Translations under genes and position numbers: made by a program
Assembly: GCA_013239625.1 (NCBI GenBank)
Contig: MU053652.1
Location: forward strand, 1,614,001-1,678,000
DNA length: 64,000 nt
From: Lama guanicoe
Lineage: Eukaryota
Reading direction: 5' to 3'
The notes under the pieces: model-generated
What the model saw: only the letters and a program-made list of their open reading frames with translations
What the model was told of the DNA's origin: nothing
Databases searched by the model: none
Part shown: piece after piece, positions 25,105 through 38,610 of the stretch
Position numbering within the stretch: position 1 is the stretch's first letter
Layout: each line of letters opens with the position of its first letter

Positions 25105-25520
25105 GGGTGAGTCAGTGAGATGTTCTCAGCTGCTATGAACAGAACCTAATAATAGTGTGAACAATAAGTGAATGATCATCTCACATGAGAAGACCACAAG
25201 GTGATGTGTCCAGGATTGGGTCATTCATTGGCTCAACATCATCATCATCCCCCAGGTGCTTTGTTCTTTCTGCTCAGCCATGGTGGATGCATTGGTGATG
25301 TCTCCCCTCATGGCCAGGAGAAGCCTACAATAAGCGATGGCACTGGGAGTGGTGGACGAGTAAGGAATAGGGGTGCTTCTCTATGTGAAGTCCCTGAAAG
25401 TTTTCCCATTTGGTCTAATAGGCCAGGTTTGAGTCTCATGGCTATTTGGAAACTTACTGTTGGCAGAGGGAAGGTGACTACCTTGATTGGCTTAATCCAG
25501 TCGTGATTACCCCCAGGGCT
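25105..25520. mobile_element. Old MaLR LTR (MLT1-like)
   Basis: gagtcag...tcagctgctatgaacagaacct...atctcacatgagaag...ctttctgctcagccat resembles MLT1K/L LTRs. Confidence 0.55.
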
Positions 25521-27954
25521 GGGAATCACTGGCTTATTCCAATCATGGTTGGCCCCCTTCCAGGGTGGGACTGCATATGGAGGGTGTGCTCCTGAATGAA
25601 GTTGGGGGACACACCAGCAAAAGAGAATTGGGGGGGTCAGCTGCCTCACTGGGGGACTGTGGAATTGGAACCAGGAGGCTGGCGTTTTTGAGAACCACGT
25701 CATCCTGGCTGTGGAGAAGCCTAATGACCAACAGCTGTCCCTTCTGAGAGCACGCTTCCTGATGGGTGAGCCCTGTACTCATGTCTGGCAGCCACCACCA
25801 CTCTCTCTTTCTCCCTGGTTGATATGAGATTAAGACCCAGCAGTTCTTGCTGTCTTGCTCTGTGCTCCAGGCCGCCCACCCTGGTTGGTTAATACCTTCT
25901 TTATTCAGGCTGCTTAGATGGCAGTCTCTTTGAGATATATTCTTGCCTGGAGGAAGAAACCATGTCACCCTGAGTGGGCTTCACTTCCCTGCTGTTTCAG
26001 GAGTGACTTAGGGACATTTTTCCCCCGTAAAGTGGCTTCTGCTGATATCTGGTGCTACCGTGAGGATGTCTTGATTGTTACTAAATTAACTCTCAGAAGG
26101 TGACCTTATCTCCTTGTTCCAGGGGCTTCTTTCTGTAGCCTGTGCGTGCAGACTCCATCAGCCACCTCTCAGGGCTGTTTGAAGATGCTGTGCAGATCAG
26201 GTCAGGGGGGCACCTGGGTGGAGGTAGTATCTGGTACCCAGGCAAGATGCTGGCAGGTGGCATGGGGGTTGGCTCGGGCAAATACAAACATGACCGTGAT
26301 GTGGTCGGGTGTCAATTCAGGTGGGAATACGGGTCACTAGTTGGTTGCCTCATCGATCTTTACAGGCTGAGCACTTTGCCTCATTGATTTTTCACTGTCG
26401 ACTGAATCTTGTTCGTCTTTCACTTAGAGATTGCTTCATTTCTTTTCAATTCATTTTTCTGTGCCCGTTTGACACTTCACCACATCACATTATCCTTACT
26501 CGCTGTAGATGCTGATCACCCCTTTCCTGGGACAATCTCTGTGACGCTTGGAAAGGCTTTTTACCTCCCTGAGCCTCCATTTCCTCATCTGCTAAATGGA
26601 GAGGGTAATTCCTGCCCAGAGCATCTAGAAATTGGGGAGGCAGGTGGGCATCTGAGAGAGTAGCTCCTGAGAGGCGGTGGCAGGATTTGCTCAGTCAGGG
26701 AACGATGGCCTTGCTCAGACTCGGCACTGAAGAGGTACCTCCACTTAAGGAGGGGTGCTGAGATCCCACAGCCCCAACTCTGACCCAGGTGTAGGGTCTG
26801 AGATTTCTCCTGCTAATAACTGCAGCTGCGGCCACAGTGGCTCCCGAGGACAGGATGTCTCTTCCTTAGAACCTCAGCCCAAGTGTGGATTTACAATTGT
26901 CCATTAATACCTAATAGCACAGTTGAGGCAAGGTTGGACATTTTAACAGGACTTTGCCTGGGGCCTGGGGGTTATAAAAGGAAAATAAATAGGGTTACTA
27001 TGACAAGTCAATGTGGCGTCCAAGTTATGGTTTATTTCGCTTCATCGGTAGATGCAGCCCCAGGTTAACCCCTGTTGTGTTGCCATGGAGCACTGTCCTT
27101 TTTTGACCCTTAGCTAGACCCTCGAGACACCTTAAAGTTTAGGCATAAAGACTGAGGTCCAGAGAAGGATGGGAGTCCCCTCTCCTACCTGTGAATGTGT
27201 GCCGTCCTGTGACCCATTTGGGGAACCACCTGTTACCTGGATGAGGGACACCATGATGTTCCCGCTTCTGTGAGCATAGCCTTACACTGTAGATCAGGAC
27301 AGAAGCTCATTTATCCCCCCATAAAGCAGAAGCCCCCACAGGAGCACCAGGAACACCTGCCTTATAGGCAACGAGGAAGTGAGCCATCCAGGCAGGGTGC
27401 CTTGAAGTTGAACTTTCTCCTTGGGTGTGAGGACGGAAGGGCCTTTGAGCCTCGGAATGAGTTAGGAATGGATGAAGCAGAAACCCAGACTTTGTGCAGA
27501 TAGACCCATTCAATGCGTCTTCCTTTCTCTATGTTTATTTTGTTTTCCTGTTGGATTTCATATGATCATAAAGAAGACTGCGACCTCTCTCAGCTGTGCT
27601 AAGAGGAAGCAGGAGAAGGGGGCTGTAACAGGTGTGCAGTCTTCTGTCTGCAGGTTAAGGAGAGAATGCTGTGTCTTGGGGCTGTGACGATGGTGGACAC
27701 AATGTGTTATGAAGGTGGCCTCTAGCAGAATGGGGACATCAAGGGACAGAATCTATACCACTTGTTCCAGATGCTTCCTTGCACCTGGAGATTTTCCTTC
27801 CAGACCTAAATCTTGATAGCTTTGGGGTTTTTTTTTTCTCCAATAAGTGAAGCAAATTACTTTAAATTTCTCAGTCTACTTGGCAGAATTTTGATAAAGA
27901 CTAATTGAGAAAATAGATGTAAAAGTGTTTTGAGGCATGGCAGCCAGTTTATCA

Positions 27955-28210
27955 ACATTTCCTAAAGTGTGTACGATGAAACATTGTTCCTGGAGATACT
28001 AATATGTGTTAAGCAGTGAAAGGGTTCCTTAGTCAACTGTGTTTGAGAAACCCTGGTTAACAATCCTTCAACAGGTGTCTTTATCAAAAGACTTCTCAGG
28101 ACTTTTAATAAGCTAATGTGCACCTTGGCTTTCTCGGAGTGTGATCTGGTGTTTCCCAAACTTGCTTCCTCAGGGATTCTTTTCAGGCAGAGCTCTGGGA
28201 CGGGATTGAT
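27955..28210. mobile_element. hAT-Charlie-like remnant
   Basis: catttcctaaagtgtg...gtttgagaaaccctg...gtgtttcccaaacttg motifs. Confidence 0.4.
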
Positions 28211-28449
28211 GTTATTCTCAGGGCTGTGTTCGAATAATAACTGTGTGAGTTTGGAGTTGCAGGTGGTAGGAGGGGGCGTGCTTTCGTTCCGTAAGCTTCA
28301 GTAGGCATTTTTCCATTACATTTTCTCATTTCCATGTTTCTCGCCTTCTCATCAGTGTCCATGAAATGACAGCTGTGAGCAGGAGTTACTTAAAATCCAG
28401 AAAACTTTTCTTGGGGGGAGCTAACCCATTTTTTAAAATTAAAAACTGT

Positions 28450-28798
28450 CTAACTCTACATACTACAATATGGATGAATCTTGGAGTTATTATGCTAAGT
28501 GAAATAAGCCAGACACACAAGGACAAGTACAGTATGATTCCACTTACACGAGGTACCCAGAGTAGTGAAATTCATAAAGAGAGAGAGTAGTTGCCAGCGG
28601 CCTGGGAGAGACAGGTTGGGGAATTAGTGTTTAATGGGTACAGAGTTTCACTTTGGGATAATGAAAACATTCTGGAGATGGATGACAGTGATGGTTGCAC
28701 AACAATCTGAATGTGCTTAATGGCACCAAACTGTGTACTTAAAAGTGGTTAGAGTGGTGAATTTTCCATTATGTAGATTTTACCACAATTTTTTAAAA
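28450..28798 (+). mobile_element. L1 3' end (L1MA/L1MB-type)
   Basis: ORF fragment TTIWMNLGVIMLSEISQTHKDKYSMIPL (L1 ORF2 end) and 3' UTR ...ggttgcacaacaat...ttttaccacaattttt. Confidence 0.9.
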
Positions 28799-29469
28799 AG
28801 TCAGTATTAAAAAGTCTTGTCTTCAGTCTGAGTTCTTTTGATTTAAGTCTAATTTCTTTTGGACTCTGGCCTTTTTAGCCCTTCCCTGGTTTGCATAACC
28901 GGCTGTCCAGGATGCTCTTTATAACTTGAGTGAAAAAAAGGCTCCTTTCTGAGAAGTGTATGCCTGATGCTGAATATCCCTTGCCATTTTCACTCCTTTA
29001 ATATTATTAATTTTGGCTGGAAATTTGTGGAGGTTTACAAATTAGACCGTATTTCATCAGCATTTGCAATTTCCCTGTAGTAAAATGGAAACTCTGATGT
29101 GATAGTTCTTCTTCTGCAAAAATGTAAGTGTAAAATGCTAGGTCCCTTAGGAAGATGTTTTAGTTGGCACCCCTTTCTTCCCGCCGAGGTCCCTTGCTGC
29201 AGCCTCTGCCTCTCCCAAGGGACTGGCACAAGCAGAGGGCCCTGATGTCTCCAGGGCTTGCTACAGGCTTAGGTTCGGATCTTAGCCTCACTTCATATTA
29301 GGTAATGAGAATCAGTTCCTCATCTAGAAATAAGGACAGCATTAGCATCCTCTTGGAGCATGAAAATGAGATGCTTTATGCAGACCACACAGCTGGGTGC
29401 TCTGTAAGCCACTTCCCTCCATCATTCCCTTCCACGTCAACCTGGCCAGAGGCGACTCTGCGCACAGCC

Positions 29470-30340
29470 TTGCCCGTGATGTCCCAGACTGGTCTCTGGA
29501 CTTCTTTGCTACCCGGTCCTGTTCCTCCCTGGTCTTCCCCGTGTCAGTTTAATGGCACTACCGTCCACCCAGGTGCTAAAGCCGAAACTGAGGAGGTATC
29601 GTGAATTTTCCCCTCATTTCCACGTTCACCAGCAAGCCCTATTGGGGCAGTGATGTCCCTGTTTTCACCCCTCGTCACCTGAGCCAGGCCACCATCACCC
29701 CTTAAGGAACCCCTGCAGGTCTTCTGTCCCACCCACAAACCATTCTCCACCCAGAGCCAGACTGAGTTTGCCGGTGATAAACTGATCATGTCACTTCCTG
29801 CTTAAAACCTTTTCGTGGCTTTCCATGCCATTTAGAATGAAATTGCCATTCCTTCCCATGGGTTTGAATGTCCTTTGTTATTTGCCCCCTGCCTTTGCCT
29901 CAGACCTCATTACTCACACTTGCCTGCTCACCCAGTGCCTTCTGGCCGCTCAGCCTTCCACCTTTTCCTTGCCAAGGCTGCCCCATCCTGAGAGTTTCTG
30001 CACTCACTCTGTCTTTGACCTAGAATGCTCTTTCCCCAAATCATTGCACAGCTGGCTCCTCCTTGTCATTTGTTTAGTCCCCTTGCAAGGATCACCTCAG
30101 AGACACCTCTACTGGTCACTACAGCTAGGAAACATCCTTCCTGGCACTTACTCTGTATCAAATAACTATCCTTCTTTTGTTTAAGGACATATACTCTCTG
30201 AAAATAACTATTTTTCCTCTTTATTGTCTGTCTCCTCCCTGTTAAATGTAAGCTCTGTGACTTAAAAGACCTTTTGTCTTATTCACTATGTACCCTTGGG
30301 ACATGGGTTCCTGGTAGGCAGTAGGAGCTGAATAAGCCGA
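29470..30340 (+). mobile_element. L2 LINE 3' fragment
   Basis: aatggcactaccgtccaccca...tgatcatgtcacttcctgcttaaaacctt...aatgtaagctc...cagtaggagctgaataa. Confidence 0.8.
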
Positions 30341-33300
30341 ATGATAATCCATGTTGCCGAACGGCTGCCTAGATGGATTTGGGTCTGTCTTCCTGCTTGC
30401 TGCTTGGCTCCTTACATCATCCCTTGGCCACCGAGAACGTGTCCAATTGTGCCACATCCTTGGGCTATAGGAAAGGGTCCTCTCCATCACACGCAAGCCA
30501 TCAAGGCCTGTGGAGGCGATGACAGTCCAAAATAGTTTAGTTTTTGTACTCTAACAGGCTAGAAGGCCTTCCTCTGCTCCCAGTTAACCACTGTGCATTG
30601 GTCCTGAGGGTCTTCTAGACTTATCTCCCCTCCCACTTTTGATATGCAGTCTTCAGTGATGACTCTGATGGGTGGCCTCCTGGTTTATAGGGAGGTGTTG
30701 GATCCATCAGAAGACCTGTGTTGTGGACATATGAGGAGCTGGACTTTGGGCAACTTAACAAAATTCTCTGTGTCTTGGTGTCCCCGTCTGGATGATAATA
30801 ATCATGGATTGGATAGGGATGGATATATATTTTTGGAGTCTGAGTGTTTATTGCATGTGAAGGAGTGTGTGGAAGGCAAAGTATAACACACAAACAAGAG
30901 GCAGTGGCGGTGGAATTTCAGGACGTGTAAGAGGAGGAGGTGGCCGGAGTTGGCAGGTGTTTTCCTCTCTGCGCTCAGCGTTGGGTGTTTCCATCCACTG
31001 AGTGATGTGCAGAGCAGACTCGTAGGAGCTGCAAAATACACTTCAAGGCCTCCTGGGTTTTGCAGTGAATTCAACCCTCTGTCATACCTTGGATCCATCT
31101 CTTGACCAAGAGGTGCCCCACTGTGCTTCCAGTGACACAGCTTCTGAGCAGGTCCTGAAAGGTGTCAGCAGCTTCCAACACAATTCCTTCCTCTGCCTGG
31201 CCTTGCCCCGGGCCCTCCAGGACCATGCTCCGCTCTGTATTCTTGTCACCTGGAGAAGGAGGAGGGTGTGACCAGCTCATAGGGGTGCTTTCCGGTGATG
31301 GGCACCTTGGAGAATGGTATCTAAGGGTCTCTGCCATTCTGTGCCTCACTTGAGAAATGGTGTGGGGTGGGGGTTAAGATTTCCTGCTCCTTGCTTGAAT
31401 GTTGCTGGATAAATACAGAAATGAGGTCTCAGGAGAATGGAGTGGGATGGGCAGGGGCAAAGGACTTGGGAGATAAGAATGTGTTAGTTAACTAAGAATC
31501 ATACCCAGAAACTGCACCTGTCTCCTTGGTCCTTTGATTCATAAATGTATGCCCAGCAGGTGGGAGATGCAGGATGACGGGGTGGCACAGGTCCCCAGTG
31601 CTAGGGACCCAAACACTTAAAGCACCGGGGAATAAGGAGAGGGTGGGCCAAGAACCACCTCCTTGGGAAGAATGACATCATATACTAGCGTACCTTGATC
31701 AATACTAAATATTTTTAAAATTCAGGGTCGTCATGGTGATAGAGCTTATTTCCAAACTTTAAGATGTAAAATACCCTATTTTGCTACCTCCTTGTGTATT
31801 TCCAGGTAATAGTGCCTGGCCCCCAAACTTGGTTGCAGTCAATTCTGAGCATTTTTTGTTTTTAAGGAGTGAATATAGCTCTGCTGGGCTTCCGGCTGCA
31901 GGGTAGATTTCTGCCAAGATCGGCGGCACAGCTGAAATATGTTTTGTATTTTATGAGCTTTGGCTCACCATGGAATTAAATAGCACTAATTACATGAATA
32001 TAGACCAGCAAGGGAGACAACTGTTCACTTCCTGATTTTCCCGGGAAATGAGACAGACAGGGAGGAGGTAGAAGGGCAAGGAGAGGATCAGGGAGAGAGC
32101 CCTCCCACGGGACATCAGATGACAGCAGAAGTGCTGTCATTTGGTCCACATGTGCCCCACATTGCCTGCTCCGTCCTGGTGCTGCCGTGTGGTGGAATCA
32201 CTGGCTTCCTTGCATGAAGACTGTGAGCTGGAAGCAGGAGGCCGGGCTGTGGGAAGCAGGTCTGCTCCTGTGCGGGGGCAGTGACAGGGGCTGGTGGGGA
32301 GGAAGGGAGGCATTTTGGAAGCAGAGTAGTCACTGGTGGAGATCCTGAGCCCAGGGACCTGGGTTCCCCCAGCACCCTGAGTCTAGCATCCTTTCCAAAC
32401 CTACCGACTTTTTTTTTTTAGTTAGAAAAGTCTATTTACAGAGTCCCACCAGTCTAAAGAAGGGAATTTCCATTCCTTTTTAAATTTCTCCTCTTGCTCA
32501 AGATAAGAGATGAAATAAATGGGAAGAGTCACCTTCTCATGGGGTGTCAAACCCTGTAGTGGGTGAGGGAGCTTCAGAGCTTGGAGGCCTTCCGCTGATC
32601 CTTCGTGCAACTGTCACGTGTAGGGGTCCCTGAGGCCGAAATCAGCGAGGGCCCCTCCTCAAAGGGTTGTCTTTCTCCCCAGGATCTGATTCAGTAAACG
32701 GACCAACACCTGAGTAGACAAAGTGCACCTGCTCCCGCAGGCCTTATTGTGAAAGAGGAGATAGGTCCTAGGGGTGTGATGGAGGCCCGCTTAACAGCTG
32801 AGGGCCCCGCCTGCTCTGGGGGCAGGCTGTGGGACTGGACCGCAGCGGGCTCTCCCAAGGCGTCTCACAAGTTAGACTGAGGCCACTGAAAAGGGCCAAT
32901 TTAAGCGAAGATGCAGAGAGACTCAAGAGAGGGGCTACAGCCCCAGCCTTTTGTTCTGCAGTGAACACCACCCCGGGTGTTGTAATTCTCACCGTTTCGT
33001 GCCTCTGCTGCAAAGGCCGTTTGTGGAACCCTGCCCACATCAGTGATGGCCTGTGTTCTGTGAAGCCCGAGATGGTTCACCCCGACTTCCAGATTTAAGC
33101 CAAAGAGGAAACATAATGGTCTCTCTTGCCTCATCACCCTATTTACAGAAATGCCATTTTACAGATGGGGAAACCGAGGCATCAAGAAAGTGGGACTGTG
33201 GCCAATGAGGATGACCATTCCTGACGTCTGTAGCATCCTTGCCACTGAGATTCAGATAGAGGAGGCTCTTATGGGTGCCTTCGGCTGGCACTTCAGCTAC

Positions 33301-36300
33301 TGTGAACTGAGAACATCCTCGGCCACGGCAGGAGAGGAGGGCCTTGAGAGAGAGGAGCTCGTTAGTGTGAAGCCCGCATGATGTGTCTTTGCTTACTGGT
33401 GCCAGACTGGTAGTTCAGGAAGAGAAGATGTTGAGTCTAAGGGGTGTGGGGAAACAAGTGGCTGGGAGAGCTGCAGAGAGCCTCCATTCCAGGTGAAGAT
33501 CAGTCAGCTAAGCAAGCCTTCAATCCACTTTGCCACAGGCTATATGCCCAAGACAGACTGCATGGATAGATGACTATCCCCAGTGCACAGTGGACCCCAG
33601 GCCCCTTCTCTGTGATGCGAATGTCCATCCAGATCCTGGGGCAGCAAAAGCGATGGTTAATGCTCCCTTTGCCACAGTTTTGGGGTGTGTTGAGCACCTT
33701 CCCATGATGTGCCTCCATTTCTGCACATCCAGAGGCCAGTGGGGGCCCTCAGAAGAAACAGGGACCCAGCACCCTGGACAGGGCATTTCTCACAGGCTGG
33801 GCCAAGGCCTGGGGTGGGAGAGAGTGACCACACTGATGCCATGTCAGCTGGGGCGTCTGACCCCCAGTTCCTGGCTGGCCTGTTTCTTTAAATGAGACGC
33901 TGGAAAGAAGTTGAGTCTGTCCTCCCAGCCCAGGCTGCTATTGAGAGTGTTGTGTTTTTAAAGCCTCACAGCCAGACTTGGAGTAAAGAGAATCACTGCT
34001 CAGCGACTCCCCCGCCCGAGCACAGCGCCTGGAATATAAAGGGCTGACGTAGTATAATAATAGAGTTCCACCGTGGGCTGCCTGGGCTCGCTGAAGCTCC
34101 CGCTTGGCTCTGCTGGGAACGGCAGACTTGGCCAGGGAAAGGTGGTTCTGCACCCTGGGGGGCTCCCTCAAGGCCACGGATGGGAAGGCCTGGGGGAGGG
34201 GAAACCATAGATGGGGGCCTCAGGGGTCCAGCACGGACCTGATCTCTGAATGGGGCGGCTCTCTGACTCACCCTCCTGCGGAGGCTTCTTCCAGGCTGGT
34301 TGCAAAGGCCCTGTCCATGGTAATCGCTTCCCCCAGCCATCTCTAATAAGCGGGGAAGTAAGGAGTAAGAGCCCCGAGTAGCTGAGCTTGGTGCTGAATT
34401 TCCCGGGGACCAGGCTGGTTTCCTGGCGACGGTGGGACTCTACGCCTTGTCTGGCTCCCCATGGCTCCCTCTTCTCCATTCTTTATGCCCTTCTCCAGCC
34501 CTTCCCCCGACCACCGACCACCGATGTCACATTTCTCATTGCTCAGAGGAGCAGAAGCAGAAGCAGAGGGAAAGCAGACTGGAGGGACTGACTCCCGGGC
34601 TCGTGACCTGCCCCAGCGGTTGTCGCCTCCTGGTTTGTGATGGGTTATGGCCAGGCTGGGCTGACCCTTTTGGGTCCCCCACCTGCACATGAGACTGTCC
34701 GGTGACAGCACTGTGACCTCCTCTTGGGAGGACAGTTACTCTGACCTGACCTTTCCCCCAGTGGTAGTGATGGGTTGTGCTGCGACACCCACAGCCTGGG
34801 GCGCTTCTCCTCTCGTGAATGTGGCACTCATTTCTGAGACATCGACAAGGAGGAGGGGTGGCGGTGTAGGCCAGGACTCGGCAGAGAAGCATGTAGGGGC
34901 CTGCATGCTCTCCTGGCTTCACAAGGCGGGCACAGGTGTTACATGTAAATATCATCCTCTAGGAAAAGGAATAAAGTAATTCATGGCTCTGACTTCTAGA
35001 AACCAAGAGTTTAAAGTGAGAAATGCAGACAGGAAAAAAATACTGGTTACTTTCTGGGGATGTTCTTCTGAATGCATAGATTACAAAGTGGAGTAGGAGT
35101 CTAAAAAAAGGATTTTGCCCATTTTGCTCATTTGGATCAATGGTGGGTGGGTATTTATTGGATGAAATAAAGAGAAGACCTGTGCCATGTCCCCCGTCCC
35201 CTCACTGACCTCAGCTGCACACACATGGGGCCTCCCTAGGCCCAAACTTCAGAAGGGCCACTGAGGAACAGGAAGGTTTTCCTCCCCTGTGGACGTTGGC
35301 ATGGCCATCTCCCAGCTCTCTGGGTATGGTGACTTGCAGTCTGGGGACAAGGAGGGGGCTACTGACACCTCAAGAGGACTTTCCCTGGGGTCAACCTGAT
35401 GCATTACAAGGGATGGAGCCCCCAGGGGCCCAGCCTTGGGTTTGAATCTGGCTCTGAAATGCAGCGTGCTGGCTGTGTTTCTGCCTGTGCTCCTCAGGAC
35501 GGTGCCAGCTGCAGGTGCACACAAGTCCACCATTTCAGAGCCCTGGCCCAGTAGTGGTTTATTTCTCATCTGACCTGGATGTCTCCAGTTGGTGGGTGGG
35601 TCCTTCCATCTCAAGGCTCCACCATCTTACCTGCTTTGATGTGGAAGTGTCACCATGACACTCCTTCACCATTCATGCGGTCACACCTGGATGCCATGTG
35701 CAAATGGAGAGGCCGGGAGACGTTGGCCATAGCTGGTGCCACCTCCTACCAACTACTTTGCACCAGCAGCTGCATGGATGGGGAACCATGTCTTTGATGG
35801 GTAGCAAGCTTCCTGTCCCTGGGCCTCACCTTCACAAGAGATGAATTATCTCTAGTGCAGCCCAGTAGGAAGGCCTTAGGGGAAAGAGGTTCCTGGTTTC
35901 TCAGAAACCAGGAGGGGCTGGGAGGTGGAGCTCTGCACAGCTTGCTAGTGACTATGGATGACCTCAAAGGGGGACAGCTGCAGGGCCCAATAGGACACCC
36001 TCAACCACTCAGGGGAAAGCCTACTGTTTTCTGCTTTGGAGCGTCCGTACCCCTTGCACCCAGTTCAGAACCCCTCACGTGGTACATGTTCGATCAACAC
36101 TCATTGGCCTGACTTCCAGCAACTGAGTCTCCTGCATGGTCTGTTTTCCTTGCTGCACTTTTGTTTTCAGGCCCAGGGCCTTCTCCTCTGCGCCGATTTC
36201 CTCTGCTGAGTAGGGCGGAAGTTCTCCAAGTCTAATTTGTGGATGCAGGGCAACTTGTTATGATACTACAGCTGGTGCACTAGCAGCTTTCATTGTAAAC

Positions 36301-36529
36301 CATGTCTGAAAGATGCATTTGCCCTGGTGCTTTTGTAGTCATGCTTTAACGGGCAAAATGGAGTATTTTAGGTAGTTGTAAGCCCTGGATTAGAACCCAG
36401 TAAAATCAGCATTGTGAGCTTGGGCTGAGTGGTCCAGCACCACAGTTTACTTGGTACTTCAGCTGTGGGTGATCCCAGCTGCCATCTCTTACACTCCTCT
36501 GTGAAGTTGTCATTCATTATTTGTCCATT

Positions 36530-36780
36530 CGTAATTCATCCACCCATTCATTCATGTATTTCCAAACATTTGTTATATACCTACCATGTAGCAAGATCTG
36601 GGCTTGGAACTGGAGAGAATAATGTTGGAAAATACATAGTAATTTCTGACCTTCAGAAGCTCGTGTTTTTTAGAGAGGGGGCAGCATCCATGGGCAAATA
36701 GAACAGTTTGTAAGATGTGAGATGCTGGTGGGCACTAATGTGAGTTCCTGTGCTAACACACAGTGGGGGCTGTCCTAGGC
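36530..36780 (-). mobile_element. L2 3' end
   Basis: cattcattcatgtatttccaaacatttg...acctaccatgt is the antisense L2 terminus. Confidence 0.6.
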
Positions 36781-37119
36781 CAGTACCAGGGTCAGGCATC
36801 CTTCATCTGAAGAATCAGTCCCCAGCTGAGGGGGTGGGGGCGGTCACCCTGGACAGTGTAAACCATCTGTGCGGAAGACAGTGAGGCATGGACAGGTGGA
36901 GAGCATCCCAAGAGACCTGCCAGCACAGCCCTCAAGGCAAAGACCCAGCAGACATGCCCCCAAAACTCACCTGAATAAAGCCCCACTAATTGCAAAATTC
37001 TAGTGTATTTCTGGGGGCAGTGGGGCACAGAAATCTCTTTGGCTGTGAAATAACAGTCTATTAGAGAGGGTGTGGAGAGACACTTTACTCCTTTGGCTAG
37101 AAGGCTGGATTCTTCTGTA

Positions 37120-37625
37120 TATGGGTTAGGATTTTTTCATTAACAAATGCCGGAACCCTGACTGGCTTATGTAAAAGGGGAAGTTTTGGCATGTAGCTGG
37201 GAAGTATAAGCATGGAGCTGGCTTCAGTGTGACACCTGTGTGACATCACTGGGACCCAGAGCTCAGTACTTTCCATGCCCTGGCTCAGCTCCACTCTCCT
37301 CCGTACTTGGCTTCCTTCCCTTCAGGCTCCCCACAAACTACCCTGGTTGCAAGAAGGTTCCCTGCAGTTCTTAAGCCTGCCCCTCTCCCAGGCCACATCC
37401 AATGGAAGACCTAGAACTTTTTCCTCAGCACTCCCATCCAAATTCTTTTGTCTCCCAGAGATTTTGATCCAACGAGGTCCCCATCTCTGAACCAGTCACT
37501 ATGACCTCCCTCCAATCTGTGCTGACTGGTATGGGCTCTGGTCATGTGTACTCCTGTGAACCAGCGGTGGAGTCAATTTCCCCAGAAGGCTTTGGACTGA
37601 GAGAGGGCAAAGGACTGGATCATGG
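37120..37625. mobile_element. Old MaLR LTR (MLT1K-like)
   Basis: tgggttaggatt...aaccctgactggctta...ctgaaccagtcact...tgtgctgactgg...ggtcatgtg. Confidence 0.55.
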
Positions 37626-37657
37626 GTCCACAGAGGATAAATGAATGGTTTCTCTAA

Positions 37658-38318
37658 CAGTGTCTTTCAATTTTTTTTTTGATCATGACTGTATTAGTCA
37701 GGGTTTTCCAAAGAAAGAGAAGTTTTATATATAAAGGGAGGGAGATAGATTTATTTTAAGGAATTGGGTCATGAAATTATGGAGACTCCAAGTCCAAAAT
37801 CAGCAGGGTAGGACCACAGGCTGGAGACTCAGAGGAGAGCCCGTGTCATAGTTCAAGTCCAAAGGCATCCCCTGTAGAATCCCCTCTCCCTCGGGGAGAT
37901 CAGACTTTTGTTCTATTCAGTCTTCAACTGATTGGATGGCCATACACTTATATTATAGGGGGGGAGTCTGCTTCACTCAAAGTCCACTGATTTCAATGAT
38001 TAGCTTATCCAAAAACACCCTCACAGAAGCATCCAGAATAATGCTTGACCACATATCTGGGCACCGTGGCCCAGCCAGGTGAAGACATCGAATTCACCAT
38101 CAAAATGACCAGCAGTAAGAAGGACACGTACGTCACATTCATGCATGTATATTACCCGGCTGAAACAAAAGTCTCACGGAAGCCTTATCCTTTCTAAATG
38201 TGGCATACTCTTGTTTTCCCTTCTATTTTAGTTCACTAAAAAAATTAAAAAAGCATGTGTGACCCACTCAGTTGGTTTCTAGACTCATGATGGATTGGGA
38301 CTTGTGTTTTGAAACATG
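37658..38318. mobile_element. hAT-Charlie-like element split by the MLT2 LTR
   Basis: cagtgtctttcaa...atgac [LTR] atgaccagcagtaaga...ctgaaacaaaagt...gacccact...gttttgaaaca. Confidence 0.55.
37690..38104 (-). mobile_element. MLT2-family (ERVL) solo LTR with 5-bp TSD
   Basis: Starts tgtattagtcagggtt; internal gatttattttaaggaattgg, aaaaacaccctcacaga, atatctgggcaccgtggcccagcca; ends aattcaccatcaaa; flanked by ATGAC at 37685-37689 and 38105-38109. Confidence 0.85.
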
Positions 38319-38489
38319 ATCCTGGAAGACATTTTCTGAATGTTCTATTATCCCATAACCAAGGTCCTAAGAACAGGATTCTGTCCAGAAGGTCAGGGAA
38401 GGTACCATGTGCCTGCCACAGGGGGAGCTGAAGAGATGTCCAAGTACTGCCCTGAGTGCATGTGACCCCAGCCAGGACCAGCACCTGCT

Positions 38490-38610
38490 TGTGCCTCTGT
38501 TTCCTTATCTGTAGAGGACATATACTTACAAATACCTCTTCTGCCTAACGGGGTTGCCACGCGCAGCACCATCAGAACGAGGTAACACATATGAAAACAC
38601 TTTGTAAACT
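38490..38610 (+). mobile_element. MIR fragment
   Basis: gcctctgtttccttatctgta...atatgaaaacactttgtaaact. Confidence 0.6.
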
